64,000 nt of DNA from an uncultured virus (IMG/VR IMGVR_UViG_3300042516_002585). Lineage: Duplodnaviria; Heunggongvirae; Uroviricota; Caudoviricetes. This document shows positions 55,483 to 64,000 of this stretch, piece after piece. Each line of letters starts with the position of its first letter. Position 1 is the first letter of the stretch. Below the pieces are notes generated by a model, which worked only from the letters and a program-made list of their open reading frames with translations, had not been told where the DNA came from and made no database searches. The stretch lies in the IMG/VR virus record IMGVR_UViG_3300042516_002585, one strand, 5' to 3'. The translations under genes were made by a program, and so were the position numbers.

Positions 55483-58400
55483 ATGTCAGATTTTGAGAAG
55501 AGAGTACAAATCAATAAGATTATTGAGAGTCAACTTCCAGAATTTATAGTTTCGGATTTTCCAAAAGCAACTGAATTTTTCAAACAATACTACATTTCGC
55601 AAGAGTTCCAAGGTGGAACTGTAGATATTGCAGAAAACTTAGATCAGTATTTGAAGCTTGATAATTTAGTTCCAGAAGTCGTTACTGGTCAAACATCATT
55701 AGTATATGATGTAACATCCTCTGCTGGAATTGTTACTGTTACCTCTACAAAAGGTTTTCCATCTGAATATGGTCTATTAAAAATAGACGATGAAATTATC
55801 ACGTATACTGGTATTACAACAAATACTTTTACCGGATGTGTGCGTGGATTTAGCGGAATTACCAATTATTCTAATGTTGGTATTTCTAGTTTTGATGATA
55901 ATGTTAATAAACAAAGTTTAACATTCTCAAAAACTACAGCAGCAAGTCATAATAAAACTTCAATTGTAACTAATTTAAGCGTATTATTTTTACAAGAATT
56001 TTATAAAAAATTAAAATATACCTTTACACCTGGATTAGAAAATTATGATTTTGTTTCTGACCTTGATGTTGGGAACTTTATTAAACACGCAAGAGATTTT
56101 TATCAGTCAAAAGGTATTGAAGAATCTGTAAAAATTCTCTTTAAGGTTTTATATGGTGTAGATGCGAATGTTTTAGATCTTGAAGCAAGATTAATTAAAC
56201 CATCAGCAGCAGACTACATTAGAAGAGAAATTGTTGTAGCTAAAAATATTTCAGGTAATCCACTAAATTTAGAAGGACAAACTATATTTAAATCAACGGA
56301 TACAACAACTAACGCATCAGTATCCGATGTTGAAATTTTTACAAAAAACAACGAAACCTATTATCAATTGGGTTTATTTGTTGGTTATAATGAAAGAGAT
56401 TTGATTGAAGGAATTTTTACAATTCCAGGAAAAACAAAAGTATTAGAAAATGTTTCCGTTGGATCTTCTATTATTTCTGTTGATTCTACTATTGGATTTG
56501 GGCAAACTGGTACACTGATATCTGGAGATAATATTATTGATTATACTTCAAAAAGTATCAATCAATTTTTTGGATGCACTGGAATTACTGATTCAATATC
56601 AATTGCATCTGATATCAGATCAAATGAAACTATTTTTGGATATGAAAATGGTGATACATCAAAAAGAGTTGATTTGCGTATAACCGGAGTTATTTCTGGA
56701 TTTGAAGAATTAGGAAATGTATCACTTATTGATGAAGGTGAAGAAATAACAGTTAAAAATCTTGGAGAGATTATTGACAATCCTACATCTGGAGATAAGA
56801 CTTATAAAGAAGTATTTGCAAATTCTTGGATTTATAATACAAGCACCAGATATCAAGTATCTAGTATTTCTGGATCCACTTTCACTTTACTGAGTTTAAT
56901 TGATAAATCTAGTTTAAGAGAAGGTGATACAGTTGATATTTTATATTCATACACAAATAATATTGCCTCTTCAAATGCAATTGTTACCAGTATTAACACT
57001 GCTCTAAATCAGATTATTCTGAGCAATATTTCTGGATTTACACCAGTTTCAACACAATCATATGATATCAGAAGAAAGATAAAAAAAGCAACAAGTTTAA
57101 ATGTTCCTCTTGTACTTGGCAATAATAACTATATTTCAAATACATTAAACGTTTATAATAATCTAGATAAAGAATCCTACGTAGCATCAAACTCTCTACC
57201 ATCATATCAGATTAATGACGAGATCGTAGAATCTAGTATACCTAATGGTTCATCATCTTATCTTGATGATTATGATAGTGTTTCTCAGGCATATTCTATT
57301 ATTAGATTTCCATCAAATGTAAGATTTATTGATGGTGATGTTGTTGTATATACATCAAGTAATCCACTTTCTGGTTTAATATCTGGATTTGAATATTATG
57401 TAAGATTAGTTGGGACTAATGGTATAAGATTATATGCATCAAAATCTCTTCTTAGTGGATCGGAATATGTTAGATTCCAAGAAAAAACAACTTCTGGAAC
57501 TCATGTTTTTACACTAAAAAGGCATGAGAATAGAAATATTTCAGCAAATAAAATTTTAAGAAAATTTCCAATAGAAAAAATTACATCAAATAATGGAACA
57601 TCTTTAAGAAGATCCATCAATAATGTAATAGGTGGAATTGGTCTCTTAATCGATGGTGTGGAAATTTCTTGTCCAGAATCATTAGATAAGATTTATTATG
57701 GACCAATTAAAGAATTTAACGTATTAAATTCTGGTAAAGATTATGATGTTGTTAATCCACCAAGAATTATAATTTCCTCTGGTTCAACGACTGGAACTGG
57801 AGTTACTGCTCTTGTTGATCCAATTATTAGTGGAATCGTAAAATCGGTTTATGTTGATCCACAGGACTTTGATGTTGATACTGCTATTTCAATTACTTTA
57901 ACTGGTGGCAATGGATCTGGTTGCATTTTAGAACCAATTATAGGAGAAAGATTTAGGGAAGTTGAATTTGATAGTAGGGCACTTACAATTGGAGGTGGTG
58001 TAGATTTAACTGATGAAACCATCACATTCCAAACTTTTCATAATTTTGCCGATGGAGAAAGAATAATTTATAATCAAAATGGAAATGATCCATTATTGAT
58101 TGGAACTTTTGGTGATGTATCAAATACTCCAACTGGAGCATTGGTAAGTGGTGATGAGTATATTGCTAAATTTGTAAATACAAGGACAATTAAACTTTTT
58201 AATACAGAATCTGATTATTTGTCTGGAATTAATACAATTGGGTTTTCAACCTCTACTTCATTTTCTGGAATTCATAAGTTTAGAACATTATCTAAAAAAA
58301 CAATTAGAAATATAAAGGTTTTAGAAGGTGGATCTGGATATCAATATAGAAAATTAAGAGTTAAAGCATCTGGAATTTCCACTGATTATAATACTATAAC

Positions 58401-61400
58401 TTTTAAGAATCATGGTTTTAAAACTGGTGATGTTATTATCTACTCCTCAACTGGAACAGAAATTTCTGGTTTATCGACAACGTCTAGTTATTCAGTAAAA
58501 ACTATTGATTCTGATACTTTTAAATTAATTAATGTTGGATTTGGAGCTACGGTAACTACAGATCTTGTAAGAGATAAGATTGTAAATATTAATTCCACTG
58601 GATCTGGATATCATATTTTCGAATATCCTCCAATTCAAGTCACTGCAAATGTATCTTATGGATCAACATTTACAGGTAGTTTCACATTTACTCCAATTGT
58701 TACTGGCGAAATTATAGGATCATACTTATATGAAAACGGAACTGAGTATGGATCAAATACTTTAAATCTACACAAAAAACCATTAATTACTGTTAAAAAT
58801 GGAAAAAATGCACAATTAAATCCTATTGTTTCAAATGGTAGAATAATTGATGTTCAAGTTTTAAGTACTGGATCTGAGTATTATTCAACACCAGAACTTA
58901 TTATAGATGGAAATGGTACTGGTGCTATACTTAGACCAGTCATAGATGATGGAAAGATTACTAACGTCATTGTTATCAATTCTGGTATTGGTTATAGCGA
59001 CTCTAATACATCTATTAGAGTAAAACCAAGAGGTTCTGGAGCAATATTTGATACTAGTGTTAGAGATCTAACAGTTAATGATGCTGAAAGATATGCAACT
59101 TACTCGAGAACTTTAAATACAAAAATATTTTCAAGTCTCAATAAAAATCTTACTGAGGATTCTCTTGTTTATGGAATATATGGATATTCGGAGGATTTAG
59201 CAAGTAATTATTTTGATAATGGAATTTCTCACTCTCCAATTATTGGATGGGCATATGATGGAAATCCAATTTATGGACCTTATGGATATTCGGATCCAAA
59301 TGACATTCAGTCTGGTGTTAGACTTTTGAATCCCAGTTATTCATTAAATTCTGGAAATATTTCAAATAGACCATCATTTACTTCTGGATTTTTTATTGAA
59401 GATTTTGAATATACTGGAAATGGAGACCTTGATAGGCATAATGGTAGATTTTGTAAAACACCAGAATTTCCAAATGGTGTATATGCATATTTTGCTAGTG
59501 TAACTAGAAGCATTACTTCTAATAAACTTGAACCTCTTTACCCATATTTTATTGGAAATACATTTAGGTCTTCTTTTATTGAGGAAAATTCTTACTTAAA
59601 TCAAAGTTTTGATTTCAATAATTCAAATCTTATTAGAAATACTTTACCATATAAACTCAATGATAAGTATGCAAATTATGATTTCTTACTAGAACCTTAT
59701 GAAATAATACCACAAGTATCAGTTATTGAATCTGTTAAATCCGGTAGTGTTAATAGTATTGATATAATTGATGGTGGAACAGGTTATAGAATTGGAGAGA
59801 CTGTAAATTTTGATGAGGAAGGTACGGAAGGAACAGGTCTTAGAGCTGAAATTTCTGAACTTGTAGGTAAAAACGTTACTAGTATTGAAACATCACTAGA
59901 AACTTATACTTCATGTGTTTTCGTATCCGATACGGATCAGTCTGTTTTTGCATATTACAGATCAGGATTTGATTTGCTTAATAATGACACTGTACTAATC
60001 AGTGGTCTTTCAACATCAATTAATAACCTACCAGGATCAAAATCAATAGGGTTAACAACAGAAACTGTTGGTTTAGCAATAACTATGAGTAGTTATTCAT
60101 CTACTCCTGGTGGAAAATCTGAAGATATTTTTGTCACTACTAGACCAACAGTATCAATTGGCGGAAGTATCAGTATTAAGTCAAATCTTGGTACAGAAAT
60201 TGTAAAGGTTTTAAATGATTATAATAATGGTGTTTTAAAGGTTAAGAGATTTGCTAGTTCTGGTGTTGCACATACTTATAGCAGTAGATTAGATGTTTTA
60301 AATGATAAAATTACTATAAAAAGTAGATCTAAAATACCACAGTTTGATTCTAAACCAAATGATCTAGTTTATTTTAATGCAAAAAATTCTGTTGGTATTG
60401 GGACAACTTTTGGAGGAGCAATATATAAAACATTTACTATTGGAGTTACATCCGAAACAGTATCTATTCCTTACAGAAGCATTTATTTACCAAACCATCC
60501 ATTTAAAACTGGTCAAAGAGTTACATTTACAAAATCCGATCTCGCAGGTGTTGACTCTTTAATTGTTGGTAATGATGCATCTTCATTAAATACATTCCAA
60601 ATTCCAAATACTCTTACTTTAACATCTGACGTTTATATAATTAATAAAGGTAAAGATTATGTTGGACTTGTAACCCAAGTTGGATTAACAACAAACAGTG
60701 AGGGTCTATATTTTTATAGTGATGGTACAGATAACTCCGAATATCTATTACAAACAAATTATAATCAAGTAACTGGTCAAATTGATAGAGTGGTGACTGT
60801 TGTAAGCACTGCTCAAAGTCATGGGTTATTGAATAATGACTCTATTAAGTTGACCATAGTTCCTAACGTTATCGTTGGTGTTGGAACTACATCAGCATTA
60901 ACACTAACATTTAATGAAACTGATAAAAAAATATTAGTCAATCCAGTAGGTGTTAATTCTTCACAAATTAATACTACATCTAACACAATTACTATAACTA
61001 ATCACGGATATAATACTGGTGATAAAATTTTCTATAATAGTACTCAGGTTGCTTCTGGATTAGAAACTGGATCATACTATGTAATTAAAGATAATAATAA
61101 TGAATTCAGACTTGCAGAAACTCTTTATGAGACTATTCCACCGAATGAGAAAGTTGTAAACATTGTTGGAACTGGTGCATCTATTCATACTTTTGCCCTT
61201 ATAAATCCAAGCATAAACGTTGTTAAAAATTCTACGATACAGTTTAATCTTGGTGATTCATCTCTGAATGGTTATAAACTTAAAATTTTTAAAGATGAAG
61301 AATTAAAAAATGAATTTGTAAGCACAAGTGATTCTAGAAACTTTAATGTTACTGGAGTTGGTACAGTTGGATTTGGAACTGCATCACTTTCAATCAAGTG

Positions 61401-64000
61401 TACAGAAAATACTCCATCAAAACTTTTCTATGCTCTAGAAAAATCTGGTTATATAAGTACCGCTGATAAAGATGTTAGAAATTATTCTCAAATTAATTAT
61501 GTAGATAGTGAATACAATGGAACATATAGTATTTTTGGAATATCAACAAATTCTTTTAAGATATCTCCATCACAAGTTCCATCCGTTTTAAAATATACTT
61601 CTGATCAAACTGATAAATTAGAATATTCTACAAAATCTTCAACAGCAATAAATGGTTCTATTGGAAAAATAAAAATTATTTCTGAAGGATTTAATTTCAA
61701 AAAACTTCCGAAATTTAAAGACATAACTACTGAAGAAGGACAGGATGCTAATATTGTAGCAGTATCAACTTCTATCGGAAGAATTAAAAATGTTAGAATT
61801 AAAGATGTTGGATATGAATATCCATCTGATAAAACTCTGACTCCTGAAGCATTTATTTCACCTATTGTAAAATTAGATAATTCTAATACAATTGATGAAA
61901 TTGATATAGTTTCGGGAGGTTCTAGGTATTTAACTGCACCAGATTTGTTACTTTGGAACGATAAAACAAAAACAGTTATTGATAGTTCTTCTTTAATTGC
62001 AATTACTCCAAGTGGTGCAATTTCGGAAGTAAATCAAATAGCACCAATATATGGATTAAAATCTGATCAACATAAAGTTATTGCAATTAATAATTCTAAT
62101 GGAGCTGGAATTAGTTCAATAGTTACTGGAAACACTGGTGTTGCAACTTGCACATTATCGACACCAATTTTAGGATTTACTGCACCATTATTTGCAGATG
62201 GTGATGAAATTTTTGTTGAAGGTATTGATTTAATTGATAATGGAACAGGATATAATTCTAAAAATTATGATTATAGATTTTTCAAAGTACAGTCTTATGT
62301 TAATTCTAATCCAGCAGTCTTAACTTTTGCGGTTGTAGATGAACTAGGTGTTGGATTGTCAACAAATCCAGGAATTGCAAAAACTTTCCAATCTGGATAT
62401 GCAACTATTATTAATAAGAAACATTATCCAGAAATTAATGTAATTAAAAAGAGAGCAGCATTTGCATTAAACGAGCAATTGTTTGTTAATACTGGTACAG
62501 GATTTATTGAGAGAGATCTATATGTATCCTCTATAAGAGATGAATATATTAAGGTTAATGGGTCTTACGCACTTAAAAAGGGTGATCAAATTAAAGGAAA
62601 AGTAAGTGGTGCAATATCAGATGTAAGTTCTGTTAATCAAAATAAATCTAAATTTAAAATTGACTATTCATCTAAACAAAACATTGGGTGGAGAAATGAT
62701 ATTGGAAAATTAAGCGAAGATTATCAGGTTACTCCTGATAATGATTATTATCAAAATCTTTCTTATTCTATTAAGAGTCCAATAACTTGGGATAAATTTG
62801 TTTCTCCTGTTAATAGTATTATTCACCCAGCTGGATTGAAAAATTTCGCAGATGTTGGCATTATATCATCAACAAGAGCTTCTGTTGGACTTTCTGGAAC
62901 AACAAATAGCATAGCTGTTTTAGACGTTATTGAAGAAAAAAGAGTAGATGTTATTAATAATTTTGATAATGTTATTGACTATGACATCAGAACAAATCCA
63001 GATCAATCCAAGTACTTAAAAATACAAAATAGAAAATTAACTGATTATACTGAATGTAGGACTAATAGAGTTTTAATTCATGATGATATTAGTTCAAGAT
63101 TTTCAAGCAGAGGGTTTGAAGATCCATTTGTAGAAATTGAAGAAATTGATACTATTGATTCTCATGTAAGATATACAATTCAGATTGTGGATCCTGATAC
63201 ATATGATTCACAAATAACCGAACTTGTGCTACAAACAACAACATTAGACTCTATCTTATTTGAAAAATATACGGCATATAGTAATGAATTGCTTGGGGAG
63301 TTTAGTGCAAATGTTGATGATGCTGGAAGAAAAACTCTAATATTTACACCAACAGACAGATTTGATAGAGATCATGACATTAAAATTTTGAAGAAAACTT
63401 TTGCATCTCCAGAAGTAGGGTCGGGAATTGGAACTAATACATTCGGTTCTATTAATTTAATAGGATCTACTATCATTGGAATTTCCAGTGTGGGAACAGC
63501 AAATAGTATAAGAACTATCGCACAGTTCTCAGATACTAACTTTAACGGTTTATTTGCAAATATTGAAGTTACAAATACTCTAAGCAAAGAAGTAAATTAT
63601 ATTGAAGCTGCATTAGATTTTGATGGATCAAATACGTATCTAAGTGAGTATTACTTTGACACTAGAACTCAATCATATAGTCTATCTTCTATTGGCATTG
63701 TAACAGCAATCTACGATCCTAATGCGGGAATTGTATCATTTAGAGTTCAAAATGATGAAGTTAACCTTCTAGATGTTAGATCTAATATTGTAGGGTTTGC
63801 TGCAACTAGTTCTGGTATTGGGACTTATAGATTTTCTTTACCTGGACAACCAATTGGAGCAGAGAGAACTGCCAAGTTAGAATCAACCGTTGGTTTTGGC
63901 ACTACTTCTATTAAAGTAGGAACATTTGATTTAGATTTAATATCATCTGTTTCATCTATTGTAAGAGTTTCTTCTGGAAACAGTTCTGCAATTCATCAGG
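55483..64000 (+). CDS. Very large baseplate/virion structural protein (gp7-like position), 3' end outside window
   Basis: Frame from ATG 55483 (MSDFEKRVQINKIIESQLPEF) appears open to the window end, more than 2800 codons. It contains FYQSKG.EES..ILF, HSPIIGWAYDGNPIYGPYGY and HPAGLKNFAD motifs, and follows gp6. Confidence 0.8.
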   Translation, partial: MSDFEKRVQINKIIESQLPEFIVSDFPKATEFFKQYYISQEFQGGTVDIAENLDQYLKLDNLVPEVVTGQTSLVYDVTSSAGIVTVTSTKGFPSEYGLLKIDDEIITYTGITTNTFTGCVRGFSGITNYSNVGISSFDDNVNKQSLTFSKTTAASHNKTSIVTNLSVLFLQEFYKKLKYTFTPGLENYDFVSDLDVGNFIKHARDFYQSKGIEESVKILFKVLYGVDANVLDLEARLIKPSAADYIRREIVVAKNISGNPLNLEGQTIFKSTDTTTNASVSDVEIFTKNNETYYQLGLFVGYNERDLIEGIFTIPGKTKVLENVSVGSSIISVDSTIGFGQTGTLISGDNIIDYTSKSINQFFGCTGITDSISIASDIRSNETIFGYENGDTSKRVDLRITGVISGFEELGNVSLIDEGEEITVKNLGEIIDNPTSGDKTYKEVFANSWIYNTSTRYQVSSISGSTFTLLSLIDKSSLREGDTVDILYSYTNNIASSNAIVTSINTALNQIILSNISGFTPVSTQSYDIRRKIKKATSLNVPLVLGNNNYISNTLNVYNNLDKESYVASNSLPSYQINDEIVESSIPNGSSSYLDDYDSVSQAYSIIRFPSNVRFIDGDVVVYTSSNPLSGLISGFEYYVRLVGTNGIRLYASKSLLSGSEYVRFQEKTTSGTHVFTLKRHENRNISANKILRKFPIEKITSNNGTSLRRSINNVIGGIGLLIDGVEISCPESLDKIYYGPIKEFNVLNSGKDYDVVNPPRIIISSGSTTGTGVTALVDPIISGIVKSVYVDPQDFDVDTAISITLTGGNGSGCILEPIIGERFREVEFDSRALTIGGGVDLTDETITFQTFHNFADGERIIYNQNGNDPLLIGTFGDVSNTPTGALVSGDEYIAKFVNTRTIKLFNTESDYLSGINTIGFSTSTSFSGIHKFRTLSKKTIRNIKVLEGGSGYQYRKLRVKASGISTDYNTITFKNHGFKTGDVIIYSSTGTEISGLSTTSSYSVKTIDSDTFKLINVGFGATVTTDLVRDKIVNINSTGSGYHIFEYPPIQVTANVSYGSTFTGSFTFTPIVTGEIIGSYLYENGTEYGSNTLNLHKKPLITVKNGKNAQLNPIVSNGRIIDVQVLSTGSEYYSTPELIIDGNGTGAILRPVIDDGKITNVIVINSGIGYSDSNTSIRVKPRGSGAIFDTSVRDLTVNDAERYATYSRTLNTKIFSSLNKNLTEDSLVYGIYGYSEDLASNYFDNGISHSPIIGWAYDGNPIYGPYGYSDPNDIQSGVRLLNPSYSLNSGNISNRPSFTSGFFIEDFEYTGNGDLDRHNGRFCKTPEFPNGVYAYFASVTRSITSNKLEPLYPYFIGNTFRSSFIEENSYLNQSFDFNNSNLIRNTLPYKLNDKYANYDFLLEPYEIIPQVSVIESVKSGSVNSIDIIDGGTGYRIGETVNFDEEGTEGTGLRAEISELVGKNVTSIETSLETYTSCVFVSDTDQSVFAYYRSGFDLLNNDTVLISGLSTSINNLPGSKSIGLTTETVGLAITMSSYSSTPGGKSEDIFVTTRPTVSIGGSISIKSNLGTEIVKVLNDYNNGVLKVKRFASSGVAHTYSSRLDVLNDKITIKSRSKIPQFDSKPNDLVYFNAKNSVGIGTTFGGAIYKTFTIGVTSETVSIPYRSIYLPNHPFKTGQRVTFTKSDLAGVDSLIVGNDASSLNTFQIPNTLTLTSDVYIINKGKDYVGLVTQVGLTTNSEGLYFYSDGTDNSEYLLQTNYNQVTGQIDRVVTVVSTAQSHGLLNNDSIKLTIVPNVIVGVGTTSALTLTFNETDKKILVNPVGVNSSQINTTSNTITITNHGYNTGDKIFYNSTQVASGLETGSYYVIKDNNNEFRLAETLYETIPPNEKVVNIVGTGASIHTFALINPSINVVKNSTIQFNLGDSSLNGYKLKIFKDEELKNEFVSTSDSRNFNVTGVGTVGFGTASLSIKCTENTPSKLFYALEKSGYISTADKDVRNYSQINYVDSEYNGTYSIFGISTNSFKISPSQVPSVLKYTSDQTDKLEYSTKSSTAINGSIGKIKIISEGFNFKKLPKFKDITTEEGQDANIVAVSTSIGRIKNVRIKDVGYEYPSDKTLTPEAFISPIVKLDNSNTIDEIDIVSGGSRYLTAPDLLLWNDKTKTVIDSSSLIAITPSGAISEVNQIAPIYGLKSDQHKVIAINNSNGAGISSIVTGNTGVATCTLSTPILGFTAPLFADGDEIFVEGIDLIDNGTGYNSKNYDYRFFKVQSYVNSNPAVLTFAVVDELGVGLSTNPGIAKTFQSGYATIINKKHYPEINVIKKRAAFALNEQLFVNTGTGFIERDLYVSSIRDEYIKVNGSYALKKGDQIKGKVSGAISDVSSVNQNKSKFKIDYSSKQNIGWRNDIGKLSEDYQVTPDNDYYQNLSYSIKSPITWDKFVSPVNSIIHPAGLKNFADVGIISSTRASVGLSGTTNSIAVLDVIEEKRVDVINNFDNVIDYDIRTNPDQSKYLKIQNRKLTDYTECRTNRVLIHDDISSRFSSRGFEDPFVEIEEIDTIDSHVRYTIQIVDPDTYDSQITELVLQTTTLDSILFEKYTAYSNELLGEFSANVDDAGRKTLIFTPTDRFDRDHDIKILKKTFASPEVGSGIGTNTFGSINLIGSTIIGISSVGTANSIRTIAQFSDTNFNGLFANIEVTNTLSKEVNYIEAALDFDGSNTYLSEYYFDTRTQSYSLSSIGIVTAIYDPNAGIVSFRVQNDEVNLLDVRSNIVGFAATSSGIGTYRFSLPGQPIGAERTAKLESTVGFGTTSIKVGTFDLDLISSVSSIVRVSSGNSSAIHQ

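Noticed and set aside
55483..64000. Apparent ORF-poor 8.5 kb in the supplied track
   Set aside because: It is a single long reading frame, omitted from the track because its stop lies beyond the window; the short track ORFs here are shadows.

Overview
This window comes from a T4-like cyanomyovirus, probably infecting freshwater Synechococcus or Cyanobium. Evidence for that is gp5/gp25/gp6-like baseplate genes, TATAAATA late promoters, cp12 and speD; nearly all genes are on the + strand. Layout: (1) 1-16 kb, AT-rich baseplate and tail-fibre genes with three tRNAs. (2) 16-20.3 kb, two DNA methyltransferases (one apparently split), a ParB-like protein and an SF2 helicase. (3) 20.3-38.3 kb, a dense run of small hypothetical ORFs, also carrying cp12, an RlpA-like gene and a HExxH peptidase. 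(4) An antisense GIY-YIG endonuclease, then a largely non-coding zone at 39.1-41.3 kb with palindromic ATCTCG-A-CGAGAT repeats (candidate origin). (5) 40-50.1 kb, an increasingly GC-rich array of mini-genes, most with their own copy of a conserved promoter/stem-loop cassette, plus two copies of a conserved antisense structured RNA candidate. (6) 50.3-64 kb, core genes ending in gp25, gp6 and a giant baseplate protein that runs off the window. A GTG(A/C)CA-N10-TGGCAC palindrome sits 30-31 nt upstream of many early -10 boxes. All calls come from motif reading and memory, with no database searches.
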